Positions 36,800 through 46,794 of a DNA stretch of 64,000 bases are shown here, one piece after another. Under the pieces are notes generated by a model. That model was not told the origin of the DNA and made no database searches. It saw only the letters and a program-made list of their open reading frames with translations. A program made the position numbers and the translations under genes. The stretch spans positions 7,034 through 71,033 of IMG/VR virus record IMGVR_UViG_3300001336_000005; one strand, written 5' to 3'. Within the stretch, counting starts at the first letter, position 1, and each line of letters opens with the position of its first letter. This stretch comes from a virus. Its lineage: Duplodnaviria > Caudoviricetes.

Positions 36800-37212
36800 A
36801 TTTCCTTTCCCTTTTTTTATAAATACTAATTTATATATGCTTTAACTTTACTTTTTAATAAACTAAAAATAAATTTAAAATCGAAGCGTAGCGAAGATTT
36901 TAAATTTAGGAATTCGAAGAATTCCTCTAAATTTCTTTTCTCCTTTTTTGTAAAAACAATAGACCTCCGTGATTGAATTCCTTTTCATCCAGTTCGGTTT
37001 GCTGCTACGCTTTTCTTCTTCGCAGCTTTCTGTTCTTCTTGTTTCTTTTTCTTTACTACTTTTGTTGTTCTCTTATTTTTCTTTTAAGTTCTTTTTTAGA
37101 ATTTTTCTTTTTCTCAATCTTTTCTTTTTTGGTGATTAACAATCATTTTTATGTATGACGTCTAAGCAACTTTTTTTTGGGTTCAAAGTGATTTTTTTTA
37201 TTTTTTTTTAAT

Positions 37213-37240
37213 AAAAAAAGCCCTGCTGAGAAAACAGGGC
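37213..37240 (-). terminator. Terminator after the 37264-37758 gene
   Basis: GCCCTG/CAGGGC stem with T7 on the minus strand. Confidence 0.7.
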
Positions 37241-37263
37241 AGGAGAGTAGCATGAAGGTGAAA

Positions 37264-37758
37264 TTATAGAACAATTTCACCTAATTCTTCAATTTTTTCT
37301 TTTACTGTTTCAGAAAAAGTTTCATTCTTAAAAGAAAAATCTCTTACAGTAAAATTATGCTTTTTAGCAACTTGATTACATTCAAAAATTAAGTAACTTA
37401 TAGCATCGCTTAATTTTTCTTTATTTGCATTTTTAAAAGTTTTAATATTTTCTTCTAATTTATATATGGCATTACCAATTTTTCTAGTTGTTTCTCTTAT
37501 TATTAATTCAGCTGATTTATCTTCAATAGAATAACCTTCAGATAACTTTTCTTCATATCTTTTAATATAATTAGCAGCTGATATTAAAAGTATAGAGAAT
37601 TCTTCTTTTTCTTCACATAATATGGATTCAACTAAACTTGAAAAATTATAAAAATTATAATCATCATCAAAACTTTCTTTGATTTCGTTTATTTTTCGTG
37701 ATATTTTAATATGATCTTCACCAAACTTGGCTATATCTAAAAGTTCTCTTAATTTCAT
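37264..37758 (-). CDS. Hypothetical protein, putative internal head protein
   Basis: MKLRELLD; late motif at 37789-37798; its own terminator. Confidence 0.55.
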   Translation of the reverse strand: MKLRELLDIAKFGEDHIKISRKINEIKESFDDDYNFYNFSSLVESILCEEKEEFSILLISAANYIKRYEEKLSEGYSIEDKSAELIIRETTRKIGNAIYKLEENIKTFKNANKEKLSDAISYLIFECNQVAKKHNFTVRDFSFKNETFSETVKEKIEELGEIVL

Positions 37759-37788
37759 TAAAAGTCTCCCGTATATAATTGTATATTA

Positions 37789-37823
37789 ATACCTTTACAA
37801 CAAGAAAACAAAAGTAAAGTTAA
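37789..37823. promoter_or_regulatory. Divergent pair of putative late promoters
   Basis: GTAAAGGTAT (-, 37789-37798) and GTAAAGTTAA (+, 37814-37823). Confidence 0.65.
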
Positions 37824-37827
37824 TAAT

Positions 37828-38394
37828 ATGGGTATAGTAGATTGGGTAGTAAGTAAAATAAGAAGAATTAGATATTCTGCTAATATAGTTAGAAATCCTT
37901 GGAAATATTTAGTATTTGGCACTATTTGTGAGATGGGTTATTTAAGATGGCAACACGACCCCAATCCTCAAATATTTGTTATGTATAGTGATGCTAAATA
38001 TACTCATGGGATAAATCTACACTATTTATCATATGATGAAAAAATGTGGATAGCTAGAACTATATATATGATAAAAAAATCAAATCAAATAGTTAATGGA
38101 TATGATTTTTATAAAATGATGAAAATTCAAAAATATTCTATAGTAAGAAAAGCTTATAGAAAATACTTCACAAGTCAAATTTTAAGACCTAAAATGGTTT
38201 CTGCTGGATTCACAAATTTAGTTAAACTTCAATATACTACAAAAGATCAATTTATTCAGGCTTTGAATAAAAACTTAGAACCAAGAGAAATTGATTATAC
38301 TAAAATTAAAGTAGCTTATAGCAATACAGAATTAGCAGAAAGAATTAATGAAGCAAGGTATGGAATTAATATCGCTCAAAACAAAGTAGAATAA
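37828..38394 (+). CDS. T4 gp2-like DNA end-protector protein (paralog 2)
   Basis: HDPNP.IFV...GINLHYL...Y.M.K....RKAYRKY. Confidence 0.7.
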   Translation: MGIVDWVVSKIRRIRYSANIVRNPWKYLVFGTICEMGYLRWQHDPNPQIFVMYSDAKYTHGINLHYLSYDEKMWIARTIYMIKKSNQIVNGYDFYKMMKIQKYSIVRKAYRKYFTSQILRPKMVSAGFTNLVKLQYTTKDQFIQALNKNLEPREIDYTKIKVAYSNTELAERINEARYGINIAQNKVE

Positions 38395-38617
38395 AAATTT
38401 TTTAATTTTTTACTTTATTTTTGATAATATTCAATATCACATTTTTTTCGCCTTTTTCAATTCTTTTTTTGACGTCATCTGGTTTTATGTCATTAATAAT
38501 TTCTTTTAGTTTTTTAATTGGTATGTCTTTTTTTATTAATTTTTTTATATTTAAAAATTTCATATATTTATCTTTTCAAATAAAAATTGAAAAGATAAGA
38601 GAAAGGAAAATAGAAAA

Positions 38618-40504
38618 ATGGCAAGTTATGAAGACTATGATAGCTGGTATATAAAAGATGTATTAGCTAATGAGATACAGCAAAAATTAAAATATAAATT
38701 TTATGATTATGAAGATTTTTTTGCTGTAACTAATGGTACTAAAAAAATTATTCCAAACTCACCATTTATATCTGTTCAGTTTAAGGTTTTTGATACTAAT
38801 GAAGTAGCAAGAGGAAATACTGAAGGATATTGGATAGATATAGCTACTAGAAAAATGAATAATTTTAATAATAGTGGTGAATATGTTAAAACATTTGGTA
38901 GTACTAATTTAGTTGAAGATAATTATTTTATAAGCTTAACGGTTGAAGATAACGGAGGTTTTAGACAATGTTCGCTAACACTACAAGACTCAACCGAAAA
39001 AAATCTTGAAAATATTATTTTAAACTCAATAATTTCTTCAAATATAATATCAAAACCAGTAAATCAAGATATAATAATGAATTTTCCTCCAGAAGAAAAT
39101 TTTAGAATAAGATTTGGTTATGGTAATGAGTCAGAGGGAGATGATGTTATAAATGAACCAAATTTACAAGGAGAAGATTTTGTAAAAAGAACAGAAACCC
39201 TTCAAAAACCCGTTTGTGTTTCTCCTTGGTTATATTTTAAAATACAAAATTTTAATACAGATTTAACTGAAAATGGAATTGTTTTTAATATACAAGCTTA
39301 TGAATTATCTCATCTTATTCTTGATAATTTAAAAATTTTACAAAATAATAATAAAATAGAAGAAAAGCCAATTGATACTTTTCATTTATTAGCTAAAAAA
39401 TTAAGCAAAGCATCTGATGGGTATATAAGGCTTATAACTAATAAAGGACAATTTTATACTCCAGAAGGAAACTTAATAACTTCTAAAAATTTTAATAAAA
39501 AAAGTAATTTTCCAGATGAAATTACTTTCTCATATGATAATAATGAATATAATCATAAAATTAATCTTTTTACCATGTCAGAAGAAGATGAGGCAGATAA
39601 TGGAGAAGACATTGCTAAATATTTAAGTGTTAGTAATTTATTAGATGAATATTGTAAACAAGTACTTCCAAGATTTTATTATGAAGAAAACTATCAAAAA
39701 GTAGAAAATCAAGATGTTGTTTATATTTTAAATCCATTTGATATAAATCCTAATTCCTGGAAAAATAAAATTAATCCTCTTTATAATCATGAAGAAGATT
39801 TTGAGTTTATTAGTAAAGTAAATGAATTTAAAGAAAAAAATTTAGTGTCAAATGATTATATCTGGAGATATAAAGAAATTCCTGGCGAAGGAATTTATAT
39901 ATATTTTGAATATAAAGATGAATTTAAAGAAAATAAAAGTAAAGAAATAAAAATAAGAAGATATGAATATAGAAATAGTTTAAATAATATAATAAAAAGC
40001 GCAAATCTAACTTTTAACAATCAATTTGGATTTTTAAATTTTAATGTGGCTATAGATACTAATGGAAAAAATAGAGTTTTTAAGTTTAATAAAAGTGGTA
40101 ATGAAATTTCTTTAAATACAAATCCAAAAGAAATTTTTATAAATGAAGAAGATGAAGGTTTTGGTTTTATTTCTACAGCAAGAACAAATCTTTTACCAAC
40201 GCCAAGTGGTAATTTAGAAGGAAATATTTTTTCAAAAGCATTGGCTAGAAAAGTAGCAGAACAGGTAAATAAATTTATTTATCAAGGAACTATAGAATTA
40301 ATGGGAGATCCTTTTTATTTATTTGATGAAAGTTTATCTCCTGTACAATATATGATATATTTAAATGTTTATAAAAAATCTACAGATGGAGAAAAAAACA
40401 CTTTAAGTAATATATCTGGATTTTATTTTATAAAAAAGATAACACATAACATAACAGGTAGTGGATATACTACTAATTTAGAAGTACAGAGGATTTTTGA
40501 ATAA
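38618..40504 (+). CDS. Baseplate hub protein (gp27/Mu gp44/gpD-like)
   Basis: C-terminal G.IEL.GDP...SGFYFIKKITHNITGSGYTTNLEV; immediately precedes the tape measure gene. Confidence 0.65.
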   Translation: MASYEDYDSWYIKDVLANEIQQKLKYKFYDYEDFFAVTNGTKKIIPNSPFISVQFKVFDTNEVARGNTEGYWIDIATRKMNNFNNSGEYVKTFGSTNLVEDNYFISLTVEDNGGFRQCSLTLQDSTEKNLENIILNSIISSNIISKPVNQDIIMNFPPEENFRIRFGYGNESEGDDVINEPNLQGEDFVKRTETLQKPVCVSPWLYFKIQNFNTDLTENGIVFNIQAYELSHLILDNLKILQNNNKIEEKPIDTFHLLAKKLSKASDGYIRLITNKGQFYTPEGNLITSKNFNKKSNFPDEITFSYDNNEYNHKINLFTMSEEDEADNGEDIAKYLSVSNLLDEYCKQVLPRFYYEENYQKVENQDVVYILNPFDINPNSWKNKINPLYNHEEDFEFISKVNEFKEKNLVSNDYIWRYKEIPGEGIYIYFEYKDEFKENKSKEIKIRRYEYRNSLNNIIKSANLTFNNQFGFLNFNVAIDTNGKNRVFKFNKSGNEISLNTNPKEIFINEEDEGFGFISTARTNLLPTPSGNLEGNIFSKALARKVAEQVNKFIYQGTIELMGDPFYLFDESLSPVQYMIYLNVYKKSTDGEKNTLSNISGFYFIKKITHNITGSGYTTNLEVQRIFE

Positions 40505-43500
40505 TGAATTCACTAGATATGTCTTTTGGGATTAACAAAGGTTTAGAATCTCACTTAAACACAACAGCAAAAAAATTATATTCAATAGATGACTCTACGC
40601 AAAAAATAAATAAAAATTTTGAAAAAACTAATAATCAAACTAAAAATTTAAGAAGTATAATTGGTGGTTTATCTAAACCTTTAGTTGATGCCGCTAAAAG
40701 ACTTTTCTCTTTAAATGTTTCAGCACAAATATTTACTTTAGGAAAATCTTTTTTTGAACTTAATAAAGAAATAAAAAGTTTAGCAGATGAAACTGGTTAT
40801 GGCACTAAAAATACAGTGGAATTTATAGATAAAATATTTAAAATACAGACTGTCTCTGGTGTGAGCACATCAGCTATAAAAGAACTAAACAAAGAATTAT
40901 TATTAAATAGAATAAATTTAAAAGAAGGAGCTTTGACTAGCTTAGCAATATTTATGGATTATACAGGAGCTTCAGCTGAGGCTACTGGTAAATTTACAGC
41001 AAGTTTAATTCAATTAGGAGCAACAGAAAAAGAAATAAATGGAGTCTTTAGATCAATAGCTAGTGTAAGAACAGAACTTGGATTAACAACAGAGGAAATA
41101 ACATCTTTATATTCAGCATTACCAAAAATGATAGGAGCGTTAGGTAAAACAGATATTAACATGCAAAAGGTTTCTAAAAACATGAGTATCATGATTTCAT
41201 CTTTTAAATCCGTTGGGATAGCAGCAGAAGAAACTATTGGAATTTTTGAAAAATTATTTAATCCAGATACTATTCTTGAAAATAGTTTATTACTTAATAA
41301 ACTTGGAATTAGTTTAAATGATGCTATGTCTGGTAAAGGCTTAGAAAATATAAATATATATCAAGATAAATTTATAGAATTAGCTAAAACTATAAATAAT
41401 ATACCTAATAAGTTTGCCGCTAATGAAATGGCAAAACAATATGGTATTACTTTAGAGCAAGCAAATAAATTAGCTAATATGACAACAAAGCAAATAAATA
41501 ATGAAAAAGAAATATTAGATATTAGAATGAAAGTTAACACTATGTTTCAAAAAGTTCAAGAATTAGCAAATAAAACTTTAGGAAATATTGCTTCTAAAAT
41601 TATAAATTTATTTAAAAATAGTGGTATTGGAAAATTTTTTGAAGAAAATACTAAAAAATTAAGTGACTCATTAACTAAAATAAATTTAGAAGGAATAGGG
41701 GATGGTATAAAAAAACAATTAAAAGCAAGCATTCTTGCTTTTTCCGTTATGGCTATTCCAATTATAATTTTTTTAGGTAAAAGAATAAAAAAAGTTTTTT
41801 CTAAGTCCTTTTCTTTATTAACAAATACTTTTGCTGAAAGCTTAAATAATGTATTTGAAAAATCTCATAAAAGAGAAATGATTTTAAAAGAGAAAAGATT
41901 AAAAACAGAATTAAAACACAGAAAAGAAATTTTAAAAAACAATCCTTCTGTTTCTTCTTTACCAACAAAAGACTTTTCTGAAGATTTAAATAATGTATTT
42001 GAAAAATCTCATAAAAGAGAAATGACTTTAAAAGAGAAAAGATTAGAAACAGAATTAAAACACAGAAAAGAAATATTTAAAAACAATCCTTCTTTTTCTT
42101 TATTGACAAATACTTTTGATGAAGGTTTGAGCGATGTATTTGAAAAATCTCACAGAAAAGAGATGACTTTAAAGGAAAAAAGATTAGAAACAGAAATAAA
42201 ACACAGAAAAGAAATATTAAAAAATAATCCTCTTTATTTAGCAGAAAAGGAAAGAGCAGAAAGTATAGCTAAAAAATATGAAGATGCTAGAGGTCCTATA
42301 GGTAGATTTGTTAAATCTTTAGCTAAAGTAAACTCTGAAATGCTTGATTTAAAAAGATATATGGAAGATCCTATTGATTTAAGAAAACATGAAAAAATAC
42401 TTAAAGTTATGCAAGATATAACCTTAAATAATAAACATAGAATTGAACAAAATATTGAAATAAAAAAACAACTAGAAAATCAAAGAAGCGAAGTTGTAGA
42501 TAGAATACAAGAACTTGAAAAAATAGCTCACGAAGAAGGACTTTCTTATTTTAGAACAATTGAATTAAATAAATTACAAAAAGTTCAGGCAAAACTAAAG
42601 ATTTCTATTGGAAGAGAACAAAATAAAATTGAAAAAATAGAAATAAACCAAAAAAGCGAAATGGAAAAATTATCTAATAGGATGAGCAAGCAACAATTAT
42701 TTGATTTAACCAAACGTCTTGAAAAAACAAAAGAAATTCAAGAAGCAGAAAAAGCGGGATTTATAGCTAGAGCTAAAGAATATAAAGATGAAAGAAAAGC
42801 TATGGAGAGTGTTTTTTCTTTTAATGAGCAAGAATTAGATTCTCAAAGAGAAATGATTAAAATTTTAGAAGAAAAAGGTAAATATTTAACACCAGAAGAT
42901 AGTTTAAAAATAGTAAACGCTAAAAGAAGAGAGAATGAAATATTAAAACAAAATTCAGAGCTAGAAAAACAAATAGAATTAAATAAAGTAAGTCAATTAG
43001 ATATTCAAGATAGAATACGTGAAAAAAGTTTAGAAACCAAAAAAATAAATGAACAAATAATTGACTATACTAAAAAAATAAATAATTATTATGAGAAACA
43101 AATTAAAGCTGGTTCTAAATTTAATGGAATATTAGAAAGAGGAAAAAATATGTTCGTTAATATTGGAACTGCAATAAAAGATAGCGTTGTTTCAAGATGG
43201 AGTAAATTTACAACTAATGTAAAAGAAACTTTTAAAGACGTTGGAAGTTTAAGTAGATCAATTGCTAAAGCAGGATTAACTTTTTTAAGACAACAAGATG
43301 ATAAAAAAAGAAGCGCACTAAGAGGAGCTGGAACAGTTGCAGTTAAAATAGGTTCTGGCTTAACTAAAGCTATAGGAAAAGTTGCTGGTATAACTGGTAT
43401 TTTAATGGCAGTATTTGGTAAGAGTGCAGCTATGCAAAGATTATTTGCTACAGTACAAGCTAAGTTAGAATCAGTTTTTGTAAAATTAGAACCAGCTATG

Positions 43501-44109
43501 GAAGCTTTAAGTAAAGTTTTTATGAATTTATTTGATATGATGATGAATAGCGGAATTATTGACGCAGTAATACAAATTATAGAAAAGTTAACTCCTGTTA
43601 TTATACAATTAGTTGAAATCTTATTACCTCCTTTATTAAAAATTTTAGGTTTCTTAGTTCAAGCAGTAGGTGTTTTAATTAAAGGGATAGGTGGATTAAT
43701 AAAAGTTTTTGGTGGTAAAACTTTAGGAGAATCTATACAATCAATGGGAGATTCTCTTTTAGATGCTGGTAAAGTACTTAAAGATGCTGGAGAGTCAATA
43801 AAAAAAGCAAATGAAGAAAATAGACCTAAGACTACTCAAACAGACAATGGAATTATAGCTGGAGATAGTTATTTTCAAGCATCAACTAAAACTCAAATAC
43901 AATCAATATCAAATGAAGATAAAAAATTTAGAGAAAAGCAATTAGAACTTGCCAAGATGAGCAATGCAAGTTTAGAAAAAATACTTAATTATAGTAAAGA
44001 AAATAATGATTTGGTTGATACTGGCAACAGCATAGCGATAGAAAGAACAAAAGAAGAACTTACGAAAAGATATGGAATAAGAGCTGTAAATATTCCAGGT
44101 ATAAGTTAA
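40504..44109 (+). CDS. Tail tape measure protein
   Basis: 1201-aa helical protein with Ala/Gly-rich amphipathic segments and hydrophobic stretches, located between hub and baseplate genes. Confidence 0.8.
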   Translation: MNSLDMSFGINKGLESHLNTTAKKLYSIDDSTQKINKNFEKTNNQTKNLRSIIGGLSKPLVDAAKRLFSLNVSAQIFTLGKSFFELNKEIKSLADETGYGTKNTVEFIDKIFKIQTVSGVSTSAIKELNKELLLNRINLKEGALTSLAIFMDYTGASAEATGKFTASLIQLGATEKEINGVFRSIASVRTELGLTTEEITSLYSALPKMIGALGKTDINMQKVSKNMSIMISSFKSVGIAAEETIGIFEKLFNPDTILENSLLLNKLGISLNDAMSGKGLENINIYQDKFIELAKTINNIPNKFAANEMAKQYGITLEQANKLANMTTKQINNEKEILDIRMKVNTMFQKVQELANKTLGNIASKIINLFKNSGIGKFFEENTKKLSDSLTKINLEGIGDGIKKQLKASILAFSVMAIPIIIFLGKRIKKVFSKSFSLLTNTFAESLNNVFEKSHKREMILKEKRLKTELKHRKEILKNNPSVSSLPTKDFSEDLNNVFEKSHKREMTLKEKRLETELKHRKEIFKNNPSFSLLTNTFDEGLSDVFEKSHRKEMTLKEKRLETEIKHRKEILKNNPLYLAEKERAESIAKKYEDARGPIGRFVKSLAKVNSEMLDLKRYMEDPIDLRKHEKILKVMQDITLNNKHRIEQNIEIKKQLENQRSEVVDRIQELEKIAHEEGLSYFRTIELNKLQKVQAKLKISIGREQNKIEKIEINQKSEMEKLSNRMSKQQLFDLTKRLEKTKEIQEAEKAGFIARAKEYKDERKAMESVFSFNEQELDSQREMIKILEEKGKYLTPEDSLKIVNAKRRENEILKQNSELEKQIELNKVSQLDIQDRIREKSLETKKINEQIIDYTKKINNYYEKQIKAGSKFNGILERGKNMFVNIGTAIKDSVVSRWSKFTTNVKETFKDVGSLSRSIAKAGLTFLRQQDDKKRSALRGAGTVAVKIGSGLTKAIGKVAGITGILMAVFGKSAAMQRLFATVQAKLESVFVKLEPAMEALSKVFMNLFDMMMNSGIIDAVIQIIEKLTPVIIQLVEILLPPLLKILGFLVQAVGVLIKGIGGLIKVFGGKTLGESIQSMGDSLLDAGKVLKDAGESIKKANEENRPKTTQTDNGIIAGDSYFQASTKTQIQSISNEDKKFREKQLELAKMSNASLEKILNYSKENNDLVDTGNSIAIERTKEELTKRYGIRAVNIPGIS
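41806..42231 (+). repeat. Three tandem in-frame repeats (141, 144 and 141 bp) in the tape measure gene
   Basis: VFEKSH(K/R)(R/K)EM.LKEKRL.TE.KHRKEI.KNNP occurs three times. Confidence 0.95.
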
Positions 44110-44119
44110 GAGGTAAGAT

Positions 44120-45421
44120 ATGAGTAAAATGTCAGTTTTTATAGATGAGAGTAATAGCAGATTTATAAAGCAAGAATCTAAAACAATAGAAATACAAAAC
44201 GATACTTTAGATAAAGTTACTAAATTAAGTAAAAAAGAAACAGAGCAAATTATTTCTGGAGAAACTGTTTTGAAGCCAACAGGAGTTGAAGATTTTACTG
44301 TTACTCCTCTAAAAGAAACAGAAGTTAAAGTTGAAAATTTTACTGTCACTCCTCTAAAAGAAACAGAAGTTAAAACAATAGAAATACAAAACGATACTTT
44401 AGATGAAGTTGCTAAATTAAGTAAAGAAGAAACAGAACAAATTATTTCTGGAGAAACTATTTTAAAACCATTAGGAGAAATAAAATACGATACTTTAGAT
44501 GAAGTTGCTAAATTAAGTAAAGAAGAAACAGAACAAATTATTTCTGGAGAAATTGTTTTGAAACCATTAGGAACAGAAGATTTTACTGTAGTTCCTACAG
44601 AAGATTTAATAGAAAGAAAAGAAAAAGCGGAAATAAAGATACAAGCAGAAATAATTTCAAGAACAAATGATTTTATAGATATAAATGAAATGTTTACAGA
44701 ATCTTCACCTAACAATATAGAAATAGGAAATATTAATGTTTATCCTATTTTAAGTAGTTCTTTTGATGATAGAATAAAAGTAAATAATTTTAAAATACCT
44801 TTTCAGTTTACTCCAGAAATTAGTGAAGTTTCAAGGACGGCAAGATATGAAACAATAACATTACTTGGCAGAGTTGGGTCTATACAGTCTTACTTAGGAA
44901 CAGACAGTCAGCAATTTTCTTTAACCACAAAGTATTATCCAATGTCAAGAAGAGAAAGAGAGTCTGGTGAGTTTTTTACTATGAATAGAATTCAAGCAAT
45001 AGAAAGAGCATATGAATCTTTAGTTTTTCCTAGATTTAAATCAATATCAAGAAATGCTGATTTAAATCCTTCTACTTTTTATTTTAGACCACCTATGATA
45101 AAAATTGTAATGGGTAAACTGGAGAATGGTTCTACATCTTATTTATCTGAAGATAGTTCTATAATATATAATAATTTATTAACTTTTCCATTTAAAGGCA
45201 AAGTATACCACAAAAGCTTTATAGTTACTAGTGTTTCTATAAATAAAGACGGAAATACAAATAGTTACTTTATAGAAAACGGATTAGTAAAGGATATAAT
45301 AGGATTTACAGTTACTTTAAATCTAGTAGAAGTAGATCCTAATTATATAAATATTATGCCTACTTTTGATGATTATTTTGAATCTTTTAGTAATAAAGTT
45401 GCTAAAGTTGGAGAATTATAA
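44120..45421 (+). CDS. Tail tube initiator / CIS-tube-like baseplate protein with an N-terminal repeat extension
   Basis: C-terminal IPFQFTPEISE.SR.A.YE.I..LGR....Y.GT...FSL pattern; sits between the TMP and gp53-like genes. Confidence 0.6.
   Translation: MSKMSVFIDESNSRFIKQESKTIEIQNDTLDKVTKLSKKETEQIISGETVLKPTGVEDFTVTPLKETEVKVENFTVTPLKETEVKTIEIQNDTLDEVAKLSKEETEQIISGETILKPLGEIKYDTLDEVAKLSKEETEQIISGEIVLKPLGTEDFTVVPTEDLIERKEKAEIKIQAEIISRTNDFIDINEMFTESSPNNIEIGNINVYPILSSSFDDRIKVNNFKIPFQFTPEISEVSRTARYETITLLGRVGSIQSYLGTDSQQFSLTTKYYPMSRRERESGEFFTMNRIQAIERAYESLVFPRFKSISRNADLNPSTFYFRPPMIKIVMGKLENGSTSYLSEDSSIIYNNLLTFPFKGKVYHKSFIVTSVSINKDGNTNSYFIENGLVKDIIGFTVTLNLVEVDPNYINIMPTFDDYFESFSNKVAKVGEL
44180..44596 (+). 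repeat. Mosaic A-B-B-A-A-B repeat
   Basis: A = DTLD.V.KLSK.ETEQIISGE..LKP.G (3 copies); B = EDFTV.P(LKETEVK) (3 copies). Confidence 0.9.
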
Positions 45422-45723
45422 TGGCTAAAGATAGATATAAATTTTTTGAAAGCATTTATAATCCAAGCCTAGATAGCGAACAAAAATACAGAATAAACTT
45501 AAAAGAATTTACTGATAAGTTTAAAGAAGGAAGTTTAGTTAATTATCAAATTCCATTAAAGTTTTCTTATAGACCAGATCTAATTTCTAATTATTTATAT
45601 GGAAGCTGGAAATATCATTGGGTTTTAACGTATATAAATTATAATGAAAACTCTTTAGAAGATTTTGCACCCAATAAAATTATAAAAATACCAAAATTAT
45701 CAGATTTAATATCTTTATTATAA
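45421..45723 (+). CDS. gp53-like (LysM-type) baseplate wedge protein
   Basis: YRPDLIS..LYGS..YHWVL..IN...IIKIP. Confidence 0.85.
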   Translation: MAKDRYKFFESIYNPSLDSEQKYRINLKEFTDKFKEGSLVNYQIPLKFSYRPDLISNYLYGSWKYHWVLTYINYNENSLEDFAPNKIIKIPKLSDLISLL

Positions 45724-45732
45724 GGAAATATA

Positions 45733-46794
45733 ATGAAAAAAATTTTAGGAATTTACAAAGGAATAGTTACAGATACTTCTGAATTTTATCAATCAGGTAA
45801 AATACGAGTAAGAACTTCTTTAATAAATAGTCAATATTTTGAAGAAGATTTATCTGTAACTTATAAAGCTGATAATTTTAACGCTAAAATAGAAAAAGAT
45901 TTATATTGTTTTATTCAAATTCCTTTTGGTGGAGGAATGAATAATGGAATGTTTAGACTTCCTCCTGTTAATTCTGTTGGAGTAATACAGTTTTTAGATG
46001 GCAATATTAATACTCCAGTTTGGCTTGGTGGAATTATATTACCAGAAACTAGTGGTTCTCTAAAATTAGTTGATATAAATGGTATTAATTTAGATGAAAA
46101 TTCAGAAGAATCCCCAATATCGCTTAATGAAGATGGATTTTTACAAAAAAATTTTGAAACAGATGATGAAAATTCTTTTGTTTTTAGATTAAAAAATACT
46201 TCTTTAGATAACGCCCCAGCCTCTTTATCTTGGAAAAATAATAATACTGAAAATATTCTTATTTTTAATAAAAATAAAATACTAATAAAACATTATGGTG
46301 ATCAAAATTCGTTTCAAGAAATAACTATGATTTCAGATGAAAAAAATAATTTAGAGCCAACTATAAACATTTCTACATATACTAAGAATGAGGATGGTAA
46401 AGATATACAAAGATCTTCCTTTGAACAAACTCCTGATAGTTTTGTTTTATCTAATTATGATATAGCTTCAAATACTGTTACAGAAATAAGAAATGAAATT
46501 AGAACTATAGGAAATAAAAATATAAGTGTTTTAAGAACTATGGTTGGAGAAATGAATGATACAAAGCGTTCAGAAGTTACACAAGATAAGGATTCTATTA
46601 TTGCAAGTGTTGGCAAATCAGTAACTCTTATAGAAGATGGAGAAATTACATTAAGCGCTCCTACTGTTAGGTTTTCTTCAGATAATATTTTGCTTGGAAC
46701 AAGTAATCAAAGAATAGTAGTGTCAAACACAGAAGTTAATTCAAGGTTAGAAGATGGAACAATCTTAACTACAGCCAATGGAGTATCTATATAA
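45733..46794 (+). CDS. gp5/gpV/VgrG-like central spike (OB-fold plus beta-helix)
   Basis: GIYKGIV.D...GKIRVR, P.V.S.G.IQF.DGNIN.PVWLG, then repetitive beta-strands. No lysozyme domain seen. Confidence 0.8.
   Translation: MKKILGIYKGIVTDTSEFYQSGKIRVRTSLINSQYFEEDLSVTYKADNFNAKIEKDLYCFIQIPFGGGMNNGMFRLPPVNSVGVIQFLDGNINTPVWLGGIILPETSGSLKLVDINGINLDENSEESPISLNEDGFLQKNFETDDENSFVFRLKNTSLDNAPASLSWKNNNTENILIFNKNKILIKHYGDQNSFQEITMISDEKNNLEPTINISTYTKNEDGKDIQRSSFEQTPDSFVLSNYDIASNTVTEIRNEIRTIGNKNISVLRTMVGEMNDTKRSEVTQDKDSIIASVGKSVTLIEDGEITLSAPTVRFSSDNILLGTSNQRIVVSNTEVNSRLEDGTILTTANGVSI

Noticed and set aside
36973-37158. K/E-rich coding sequence in the intergenic gap
   Set aside because: The minus-strand frames I translated are interrupted by stops, and the plus-strand 61-aa ORF is low-complexity with no SD.
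38589-38598. Late motif before the hub gene
   Set aside because: It reads GAAAAGATAA, which mismatches the GTAAAG core, so it was not counted.
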